64,000 nucleotides of DNA, from NCBI GenBank assembly GCA_963666735.1, contig OY762926.1:3328001-3392000 (forward strand), written 5' to 3'. The translations under genes were made by a program, and so were the position numbers. Positions 49,345-57,388 of this stretch are shown here, piece after piece. The notes beneath the pieces were generated by a model. It was given only the letters and a program-made list of their open reading frames with translations. It made no database searches and had not been told where the DNA came from. Source of the DNA: Gemmatimonadota bacterium (GTDB lineage: Bacteria; Gemmatimonadota; Gemmatimonadetes; Palauibacterales; Palauibacteraceae). The stretch's first letter is position 1; each line of letters begins with the position of its first letter.

Positions 49345-49701
49345 ATCTCCAAGCGGAGAATCCGAAGTGCGCTGGAATCGAAGAGCTAAGGAGCTCCCAG
49401 TGCCGAGGTCAGTTCCATGTCGATCCCGTTTGCGTCCTCCAGTCGGTTTCGACCCGCGCCGGTCTCACGCCCGAACAATCGGTCTCCCGGCCGATCTGCT
49501 GCTACGCCGCGTCAGCTCTCGTCATAGCCCGGACGTGGCCGGTGGCCGGTGGTGAAGGTCACCAGAACCGCCAAAGTGGCGGTCGGGATCGGGCCGTCCG
49601 GTCACGATCCCAACGATCCGTGCGTTGGCGATTCCTCCGTAGCGCGCCCCGCCGCCGCGGTAGCAATCGGGCAGGTCCGCAGCTTTCCAAATCCCACACT
49701 A

Positions 49702-50160
49702 CTACGAGTTGATGTCGAGTGGTAGCCGCCCCGTGTTGATGAAGGGGGTGCCGCCGTAAGGTGCTGATATCGACCAGCGCAGTTCGTTCACGAACTCCTC
49801 AAAGTACCCGATCCGGATAGGTTTGCCCGGGTATTCTTCTCCGTAGGCCTTGACGAATAGCCGAGCCACCGTTAGTCGGCTCTTGCCCGAGATCTCGGCC
49901 ATGACTCCGGCTTTGCTCGAAGCCTTGGCGATAGCTTGGGCCTTCTGCTTCGTGATTCGGCGCCCGCCGTCACGCCATTCGCGAACCTCTAGCACGACCG
50001 GGATCGCCGAGAGCACTACCGCAAGTCCGAAGAAGAGCCATCGGAACAACTCGAAGTCCATCTGAGTCACTCGCGACTGGACCGACTGCGGCAATCCGAT
50101 CCCCGCTAATACGCCAAGCGCTGCTGCCCCCAGACCGGCCCACCACCGCTTTCTCTTCAT
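49702..50160 (-). CDS. Hypothetical membrane protein (2 N-terminal TM segments), atypical codon usage
   Basis: 152-aa ORF with two hydrophobic segments in a visibly less GC-biased region; no family recognised. Confidence 0.5.
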   Translation of the reverse strand: MKRKRWWAGLGAAALGVLAGIGLPQSVQSRVTQMDFELFRWLFFGLAVVLSAIPVVLEVREWRDGGRRITKQKAQAIAKASSKAGVMAEISGKSRLTVARLFVKAYGEEYPGKPIRIGYFEEFVNELRWSISAPYGGTPFINTGRLPLDINS

Positions 50161-50169
50161 CGCAAGAGG

Positions 50170-50480
50170 CTAGGAGCCTCGTCGGTCTGCGGCAAGCCTA
50201 CGGTCGCCGGATGACTTCAGCCTTTCCTCCCCCGGCGGTTCGGTCTTGCCCCGCTCCCGGGCCGGTTCGGTTGTGCGGGGCGGTTCCTTCTCGTTGGATA
50301 TCGGTTCCCGCTCGCGGCGGAGGTCTCGGCGCGCGACGGCCCGCCGGACGGAGGCTTGGAAGTGCCTGCCCCCCAAGGGTGGTCAGGAGCTGACTTCGGG
50401 GGTGCGGGCCTCGGCTTGGCGGGCGCGGGAGGGGCCGGGGCCACGGTCTGTCTCGCTCGGGCGGATCTTCACACCGACGG
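50170..50480 (-). pseudogene. Possible 3' remnant of an IS transposase (ISNCY-like)
   Basis: Pro-rich tail PAKPRPAPPKSAPDHPW resembles the PAxDHPW C-terminal motif of ISNCY-type transposases. Frames are broken and no terminal repeat was recognised. Confidence 0.3.
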
Positions 50481-50639
50481 CGGAGCCAGGGCTCTCGCCG
50501 CGCCCTTCCCGTTTCGGGGCCAGAGGCGGGAACACAATCAAGAAGTGACGTCGTCACGGGAGGTGGTTAGGATGAGCACCACATCGAAATGCATGGCGAA
50601 CGGATCGCATCCGTACCAAGGCTCATCCGTGGAGGGCGC

Positions 50640-51080
50640 GTGAACCTAGAATTTGGAGACATTATCGCCAGAATGGAGCAGGCGGTCGGACGCGTCCTAA
50701 CCGAATGCCTTCTTTGGCTCGTGTACTGTGCGCTTGTCGCTGGCGTCCTAACCTTCATTGCGGACCTCGTTACGACTCTGATCGAGAGCCCGTCCGTTGG
50801 CAGACGGGCTCTCGGATGGCTGTTGTCCAGCATCTTGGGTGGCGTTCTCTTCTTCGGGGCAACCAAGATTGCGACTCGCCGACTGCTGAGGAGAATCGAG
50901 GAGGCCCAGAAGGCCACGCTAGGCTACGCCGCTCAGGCCCAGGCCGCGACCTCGGCAGCCGTAGCTGAGCAGGCGAAATGCCGAGAGTTCCATGCAACCT
51001 GTCTCGAGTGGGAGGACAAGATCGAGGAGTATAGGGACCAGATCGAAGCCGCCAGGTCAATGGAGCAGAATCAACCGTGA
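50640..51080 (+). CDS. Hypothetical protein, 2 TM segments + C-terminal coiled coil
   Basis: GGAGGG RBS before GTG 50640; two hydrophobic segments followed by a heptad-like EEAQKA...WEDKIEEYRDQIE. Confidence 0.55.
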   Translation: MNLEFGDIIARMEQAVGRVLTECLLWLVYCALVAGVLTFIADLVTTLIESPSVGRRALGWLLSSILGGVLFFGATKIATRRLLRRIEEAQKATLGYAAQAQAATSAAVAEQAKCREFHATCLEWEDKIEEYRDQIEAARSMEQNQP

Positions 51081-51352
51081 CGCTGCAACCAAGCTTTCTG
51101 GCGCGCCATGCATTGTTCGTCGTAAGCCGGAGGGACACAGCATCCTTACGGCTCTGGGGAGGGCCGTAGCGGAGAGGGCCATGAGTTGAAAGCGATTCCC
51201 GCAAATTGAGGCGATTTCCCTGCTGTTCAAGACGACGAGAGAAGCAGCGATCCAAAGGCAGAAAGCGCAGATCGTGCAGCCCTGTAAGTAGTTAGACGAT
51301 ATTCTGCCGTGATTCTGGCCTCTGGCAATCCGCTGGACAGTCTTCGCCGGTG

Positions 51353-52780
51353 TCACCGCAGCACCTCCCAGTGTCCCGCCCGGTCCGAGCCGACACGACC
51401 GATGACCCCGGCCGCCTTCAGGTTTTGCAGGTGGTACTTGACGCCGTCCGGGGACAGGCCGACCCGGTCGGCGAGCGCCGTCCGGGTCAGCCCAGGCTCG
51501 GCCCGGAGGCAATCCACGATCCGGTCGCGGGTGGGTTTCCGGGTAGTCTTCTGGGTAGTTTCGACCGGATTCTGGGTAGTCTTCTGGGTAGCGGCGCTGC
51601 TCTTCCGGGTAGTATCGGGGGGAGTGTTCCCCGCCGCGTTCCCGCGCGCTGCCGCGTCGGCGGCCCGATAGGTCTCCGAGAACGGGAACCGCACCCACAG
51701 GCCATCCCCGCCCGCGTCGAGCCGCCACGTCGGCGCCGGGTTGCCCGCCTCGCGGCAAATGTCCACGATCCGCCGGATGCCGCGCCCCCACGCCTCGATC
51801 ATACCGGCCCGGAAGAAGGCGTAGGCAATGCGCGGGTTGTGCGGTCGCGACGACATCTCCTCGGCAAGCAGTTCGGCCGTCCATTCGGGGTTCAGATGGG
51901 CCGCGTTCCAGATCGCGATCCGATCGTCGCGGATCCGAATCTGGATCGTCGTGGGGCTCGCGTAGTCGCGGTGGATGACCGCGTTGATCACAGCCTCCCG
52001 CATCGCCTCGCGCGGCACGGGGAAGGTCTCGACCCGGTAGACGCCTTCATAGGAGACCAAGCCGCGCGTGTACTTCGTGTACAGAAGGTCCATGGCACGG
52101 TCCACCTGCGCGAACAGGTCGCCCTCGATCTCGTCCTGAAACAGCAGTTCCGACCCCCGGAAGTAGCCAATCTTGACATACGCGTCCGGCACGAGCCGTC
52201 CGGGCGACGGATGGAAGAGCAGCGCGGCGGCCCTCTTCAGATGTTCCCCGTCCCGCAGGCTCAGGTTCTCGACGAGGCTCTCGATGGGCTCGCCGATCAC
52301 TTCAGCCGGAAGCCGCCCGCTTCCCACGGCCCTGCGGCGGAAAGCATCGACCACGCGGGCGTCCAAGTCCTTCAGCCCGACTCCGGGCAGCGGCATGTCG
52401 TCCCAGGTCCTCCCGTACCTCGCCAGCAGGAACCGGCTCAGCGCGGCACCCCGCAGCACCTGTTTGGTGCTCCCGCTGCGGTAGTGGAACTCTCCCTTGT
52501 AGCTGATCGGGTTCGGATGCGGCTCGACCGCGATTTCGAGGTACTCGCGGCCGGACTCCGATTTTAGATTCACGTCCACCACGATGCCGAGCAGCGACTG
52601 CGCCTTGCCGGGGATCTCTTCGAGCAGTCGGAGCACCCCTTTCACCCCGACCACCTCGCCGCTGTCGTCCTTGCCGATTTCCAGCACGCCGCCCTGCGCG
52701 TTGGCGAAGCCGCAGATCCACTTCAAGTGCTCGTCCCGCCAGGACCGCTTCCACTCGACGTGCTGGGTTTCAGGCGTCAT
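51353..52780 (-). CDS. Schlafen/AlbA_2-domain ATP-binding protein with HATPase_c_4 domain and C-terminal HTH
   Basis: ETQHVEWK..ICGFANAQGG.L.IG.DD.G, YRSGST, AMREAVINAVIHRDY, PHNPRIAYAFFRAGMIEAWGRGI, terminal HTH ...RVGSDRAGHWEV. Confidence 0.88.
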   Translation of the reverse strand: MTPETQHVEWKRSWRDEHLKWICGFANAQGGVLEIGKDDSGEVVGVKGVLRLLEEIPGKAQSLLGIVVDVNLKSESGREYLEIAVEPHPNPISYKGEFHYRSGSTKQVLRGAALSRFLLARYGRTWDDMPLPGVGLKDLDARVVDAFRRRAVGSGRLPAEVIGEPIESLVENLSLRDGEHLKRAAALLFHPSPGRLVPDAYVKIGYFRGSELLFQDEIEGDLFAQVDRAMDLLYTKYTRGLVSYEGVYRVETFPVPREAMREAVINAVIHRDYASPTTIQIRIRDDRIAIWNAAHLNPEWTAELLAEEMSSRPHNPRIAYAFFRAGMIEAWGRGIRRIVDICREAGNPAPTWRLDAGGDGLWVRFPFSETYRAADAAARGNAAGNTPPDTTRKSSAATQKTTQNPVETTQKTTRKPTRDRIVDCLRAEPGLTRTALADRVGLSPDGVKYHLQNLKAAGVIGRVGSDRAGHWEVLR

Positions 52781-52889
52781 GAGATTCGCCCTCCAGTCCG
52801 TCCTCGGGGATGGGCAGCCGGACGGCTCCGGTGAGAAGCTGCTGCATCATGCCCTGCTTGATCGCACGGGTCTTGTCCAGGCGGCGCTC
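52770..52889 (-). pseudogene. hsdS: C-terminal remnant of a type I R-M specificity subunit
   Basis: Manual translation ERRLDKTRAIKQGMMQQLLTGAVRLP...*, the canonical HsdS C-terminal helix; overlaps the start of the next gene. Confidence 0.8.
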
Positions 52890-53410
52890 ATGATGCGCGA
52901 CACCTCCGCCGGGGTGTAGAACTGCTCCTTGCTCTTGCCCGACTGGGTCGCGAAGTGCCGCATGAGGTACTCGTAGGCATCGCTCAGGAGGTCGTCGCCG
53001 TGGGCGCGATTGGCGCGGAAATCGAGCCCCTCGAAGACTCCGGCCAGCTTCGTGAGACGGTCCGTCATCTCCCGGCCTCGGCCGAGCCTGCTCTCGTCGT
53101 TGAAGTCGGCTTGGTCGATCACGCCCCTGAGCAGGGACCCGTTGGCCTCGGCGAGTCTGCCGATGACCTTATTGATCCCGTCGCCGACCTCCTTCGTGCC
53201 CTTGAGCGCGGCCATGTCGGCGAAACCGCCGCCCGGTGGCACCACGATGTCGGGGTACGGATCATCGATGTCCGCGTACTTGTCCGAGACGTACTTCACA
53301 ATAAGCAGCGTCAAAACGTAGTCCTTGTACTGGCACGCGTCCATCCCGCCGCGCAGCTGGTCGCAACTCTGCCAGAGCGACGCGTAGAGGTGGGACTTGC
53401 GAAGGGGCAT
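52890..53410 (-). pseudogene. hsdM: N-terminal fragment of a type I R-M methyltransferase
   Basis: MPLRKSHLYASLWQSCDQLRGGMD.. QYKDYVL...DAYEYLMRHFA..SGKSKEQFYTPAEVSRIM, then breaks off before the SAM-binding and NPPF motifs. KSKEQF replaces the usual KSKGQF. Confidence 0.88.
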
Positions 53411-53788
53411 GGTCAGGAAGCGCGGAAGAGGGTTGGCGTGGGAGCGGGCGTGTCGGTTGGGTCGTTCGCAGCATCGGCACCGCGCGCACCCCGGGCGCAT
53501 CCGTCTCCGAGGTCAGCGACGGCACAGGTGGTCATGTGGACGTGTTTCATGCAACCAATCTATCAGGTTGCGCGGCCACGAGGTCATCTTCTCCGGATGG
53601 AAGGACTCCACCGTACGACCTCCGCCGCGACATCGGAAACCCGCTGCTGAGGGCGCTGGAGGAAATCCGCCGGCTGTTCGAGGCGAACCTCCAGATGGCA
53701 ACCATCGACCCCGGGGGTCTCCAGCGCTCGGAATCCCCGATATCACCTGGCACCCCATGGGTCGACGAAGAGGTGCGTGGAGGCGTCG

Positions 53789-55006
53789 TCAGTTGCCCTC
53801 GAGCGAGAGGTTCACGAGTTCGCGGAAGCGTTCGAGGCGGGTCCCGCGGTTGTCGCCGCGCGGCGTCTGCGTGAACACGAGGCCGATGATCTCGCGGCCG
53901 GGGTCGAGCCACGCGTTCGTACCGTCCGATCCGCCGTGGCCGAACGTGCCGTCGGCGAGCCGCCAGCCGTATCCGTAGTAGCTCGCCTCGTCCCCCTCTC
54001 CGGCGATGTGAATCTTCGGGGAGGTCATGACGTCGACGGACTCCGGGCTCAGGATCTCGGCTCCGTCATAGGCGCCGCCGTTGAGGAACATCTGCGAGAA
54101 CACGGCATAGTCCCACGCCGACGAGATCATGCCGCCCGAAGCCCGCGCGAACGGGAAGGCCACCGGCCCTCCCGGAGTGCCGCCGGGAGCCCAGTCCCCG
54201 TCGGGTCCGCGCTGGTAGTAGACGGCGCCCATGCGATCCACCTTCCCGCCCACCTCGTGCCCGGCGTGATGGTTGTAGCTGTCCGTCATGCCGAGAGGTC
54301 CGTAGACCGTCTCCATGAGCCGGTCCTCCAGCAGTTGGCCGGAGGCGATCTCGACCAGCGCGCCGAGCGTGTTGTAGCCCGGATTGTTGTAGGAGTACGT
54401 CTCGCCCGGCGTAACCTCCGCCCCGATCGGGCCGAAGCGGGCCGATTCGCTCGGTAGCGTCGGATTCTCGCCCAGCGGCTGCAGGAAGAGCGTGGGGATC
54501 CGGAGCCCGCTGCTGTGGGACAGGAGGTGTCCGACGGTGATGAACCCCGCGCGGTAGTTGTCCCACTCGGGGATGTATTCCCGGACCAGGTCGTCGTAGG
54601 AGAGCTTGCCCTCTTCGACGAGTTGCGCGACCGCGGTGGCCACGACGGGCTTCGTATTGGAGGCCATGCGGAACATCGAATTCCGCTCCATGGGCAGCCC
54701 CCGCTCCTTGTCGCGCATGCCGACCGCCTCGTGGAGGACGATCCTCCCCTTGCGGGCGACCAGCAGGACGGCCCCTACGAGGTCTCCCCGCTCGACCGCC
54801 TCGTGGTACAGTCCGAGAGCGCCCTCGAGGACGGCGCGGGACATGCCGACCTCCTCCGGTTCGCCGTAGGAGAGCGTGCGCGCCTCCTGCGCCACGAGAG
54901 TCGGCGTGAACCACGTCGCGCCCGCGAGGATCGTCGAGGGCAGGATGATCGCCAGGAAGGGCCACCGAGCGGCAGGGATGCCGCGAACTCGCCGCGAAAC
55001 CTTCAT
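53789..55006 (-). CDS. Secreted serine hydrolase (beta-lactamase/class C-like family)
   Basis: FRMASNTK (SxxK), LLSHSSG, YSYNN, FGHGG. Confidence 0.9.
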   Translation of the reverse strand: MKVSRRVRGIPAARWPFLAIILPSTILAGATWFTPTLVAQEARTLSYGEPEEVGMSRAVLEGALGLYHEAVERGDLVGAVLLVARKGRIVLHEAVGMRDKERGLPMERNSMFRMASNTKPVVATAVAQLVEEGKLSYDDLVREYIPEWDNYRAGFITVGHLLSHSSGLRIPTLFLQPLGENPTLPSESARFGPIGAEVTPGETYSYNNPGYNTLGALVEIASGQLLEDRLMETVYGPLGMTDSYNHHAGHEVGGKVDRMGAVYYQRGPDGDWAPGGTPGGPVAFPFARASGGMISSAWDYAVFSQMFLNGGAYDGAEILSPESVDVMTSPKIHIAGEGDEASYYGYGWRLADGTFGHGGSDGTNAWLDPGREIIGLVFTQTPRGDNRGTRLERFRELVNLSLEGN

Positions 55007-55221
55007 CAGTCCTCCGGACGCAGAAGAAAACGGGCCGATAGAAGACGGGCCGATAGCGGAACAGCGGAACCCGCCCGCTGAACGCCAACGCTGAACGCTA
55101 ACGCGGCGTACGAGCGGGAACCAGATCGAGCGTGGAGCTTGCATGCCGGGTCCTGCGCGGACATCTAGTGGGTCGGCGCGTGGCGTGACGGGACCGCCGG
55201 CGCTTCCCGAGAGCGGAAGGG

Positions 55222-56079
55222 TTGCAGGCCATCATCGTCTACCTGAATGGAGACTACCTCCCCGTCGGCGAGGCGCGGGTCTCGGTGAACGACCGGGGCT
55301 TCCTGTTCGCGGACGCGGTCTACGAGGCGATCCCGGCGTACGCCGGCCGCTGCTTTCTTCTCGATCGCCACCTGGCCCGGCTCGCCTGGGGCCTGCGGAC
55401 ACTCCGGATCGAGGCCGACGTGCCCCCTCTCGCCGGCGTGGGCGACGAACTCATGGCGCGGAACGACCTCCTCGAGACCGAGTTCTCCGTCTTCTACATG
55501 CAGGTGACGCGCGGCGCCGCCCCCCGCACGCACGCGTTCCCGACGCGGCCGGTCCCGCCCACCGTCTACGCCTTCACGAAGGCACTCGTGCGCACATCGC
55601 CGGAGCGGTGGGAGAGGGGCTTCGGCGCCATCACGCTGCCCGACCAGCGCTGGGCCCGCGCCGACATCAAGACGACCGGCCTCCTGCCCAACGTCCTCGC
55701 GCAGCAGGCCGCGGTGGAGGCGGAGGTCGAGGACGCGATCTTCATCCGCGAGGGGATGGTGCAGGAGGGGACGCACAACAACGTGTTCGCCGTCATCGGC
55801 GGGGAAGCGACGACGGCCCCGGCCACGAACCACATCCTGCACGGCGTCACCCGCGCCTTCACGCTCGAGTTGTGTGCCGGACTGGGGATTCCCGCGCGGG
55901 AGCGCGCCTTCACTGTGGACGAACTGCGGGGCGCCGAGGAGATCTTCTTCACGGGCACGACGACGGAGATACGGCCGACCGTGGAACTGGACGGCCGGCC
56001 CGTGGGGAGCGGACGCCCGGGCGAAATCACCCGGGCGCTGTCGGAAGCCTACCGGAGGTCTGTGATACCTACCGCGTAG
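55222..56079 (+). CDS. dat: Class IV aminotransferase, D-amino-acid transaminase-like
   Basis: DRGFLFADAVYE, HLARL, YMQVTRG, R.H.FP, DIKT, EGTHNNVF, ILHGVTR, TGTT. Confidence 0.8.
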   Translation: MQAIIVYLNGDYLPVGEARVSVNDRGFLFADAVYEAIPAYAGRCFLLDRHLARLAWGLRTLRIEADVPPLAGVGDELMARNDLLETEFSVFYMQVTRGAAPRTHAFPTRPVPPTVYAFTKALVRTSPERWERGFGAITLPDQRWARADIKTTGLLPNVLAQQAAVEAEVEDAIFIREGMVQEGTHNNVFAVIGGEATTAPATNHILHGVTRAFTLELCAGLGIPARERAFTVDELRGAEEIFFTGTTTEIRPTVELDGRPVGSGRPGEITRALSEAYRRSVIPTA

Positions 56080-57229
56080 CGACGGGCTCCATGCGCAGGA
56101 TCGCGGTCGCCTCGCCCCGCCGGCCATCGATCGCCAGGTAGATCAGCCCGTCCGGACCCTGCCGGACATCGCGGATGCGCCCGAGCCCCTGCACGAGCGT
56201 CTCCTCGCGCACGACCTCCTGCCCGTCGAGCGTGAGGCGCGCCAACTGCTCCCCGGCCATCCCGCCCACGAACAGGCTCCCCTTCCAGTGCGGGAAGCGA
56301 TCGCCCGTGTAGAAGAGGAGGCCGGAGACCGCGATCGACGGCACCCAGAAGTGGACCGGCTGCTCGATCCCCTCCTTGTGGGTCCCCTCGTGGATCGCGG
56401 TGCCCGAGCCGTAGTTCACCCCGTAGCCGACGATCGGCCAGCCGTAGTTGAGTCCCGGCTGAACCAGGTTGAGTTCGTCGCCGCCCTGCGGCCCGTGTTC
56501 CGTGGCCCACAGGTCGCCCGTCTCCGGGTTCATGACCATCCCCTGCTGGTTGCGGTGCCCGAAGCTCCAGATCTCGGGCCGGACGTTTGGGTCGTCCACG
56601 AACGGGTTGTCCTCGGGGATCCCGCCGTCCTCGTACACGCGGCTGACCGTGCCGTGATGGTTCGAGGGATCCTGCGCGGGATGCGTGTAGAGATCGCCGC
56701 GCGTCGAGGCCTGCCGGTCGCCGACGGTAATGAAGAGGTGCCCCCGTCCATCGAAGACGAGACGGGACCCGTAGTGCCCCCGCCCCTCGGAGACGGCCAG
56801 GAAGATCTCCTCGATGCCCGTCAGAGCCCCGTCCTCGTAGCGTCCCCGAATGACCGCGGTCGTCCCGCGCTCCGTGTCGTCGGGCTTCGAGTAGCTGAGG
56901 TAGAGGAGCCGGTTGTCCTCGAAGTCGGGGTGAGGCGCGACCTCGAGGAGTCCGCCCTGTCCGGCCGAGATCACCTCCGGCACGCCCTTCACGGGATCGG
57001 GAAGGAGCAGCCCGTCGCGAACGACGCGAAGCGTGCCCGCCTTCTCGGTGACCAGCATCTCGCCATCCGGCAGGAAGGCGATCGACCACGGGCGCACCAG
57101 CCCTTCCACCACCGGGACGAGCCGGTAGTCGTGGTAGGCCGACTGCATCACCTCCTGGCCCAGCGCGGGAGTCGCGGTCGGCAAAAGAAGCCCGGCGGCA
57201 AGGATCGCCGGTGGGATTCGCTTGATCAT
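56069..57229 (-). CDS. PQQ-dependent soluble sugar dehydrogenase (GSDH/YliI family)
   Basis: PWSIAFLPDG, GQGGLL, HYGSRL, GHRNQQG, EHGPQGGDELN, NYGWP, RIRDV. Confidence 0.9.
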   Translation of the reverse strand: MIKRIPPAILAAGLLLPTATPALGQEVMQSAYHDYRLVPVVEGLVRPWSIAFLPDGEMLVTEKAGTLRVVRDGLLLPDPVKGVPEVISAGQGGLLEVAPHPDFEDNRLLYLSYSKPDDTERGTTAVIRGRYEDGALTGIEEIFLAVSEGRGHYGSRLVFDGRGHLFITVGDRQASTRGDLYTHPAQDPSNHHGTVSRVYEDGGIPEDNPFVDDPNVRPEIWSFGHRNQQGMVMNPETGDLWATEHGPQGGDELNLVQPGLNYGWPIVGYGVNYGSGTAIHEGTHKEGIEQPVHFWVPSIAVSGLLFYTGDRFPHWKGSLFVGGMAGEQLARLTLDGQEVVREETLVQGLGRIRDVRQGPDGLIYLAIDGRRGEATAILRMEPVATR

Positions 57230-57388
57230 CTCATCTCCACGGGAAATCACGTCAGTTCATCTCGTCGTTCATGCGTCGTCGTGCGTTGGCGAGGCCCGAA
57301 AAACTGCGGCGGGCAGGCCCCGAACAGCAAGGCTCCCCCGTCCGCGCGACGGGCCCCCGCCGGCAGCACGAGGCCTTCCGGCACGAGA

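Noticed and set aside
51530..51615. Short CTGGGTAGT repeats
   Set aside because: In-frame TTQK-type linker repeats before the HTH of the AlbA_2 protein; no spacers, not CRISPR.
53536..53780. Short frame PYDLRRDIGNPLLRALEEIRRLFEANL upstream of hsdM
   Set aside because: Possibly a gene fragment, but too short to assign.
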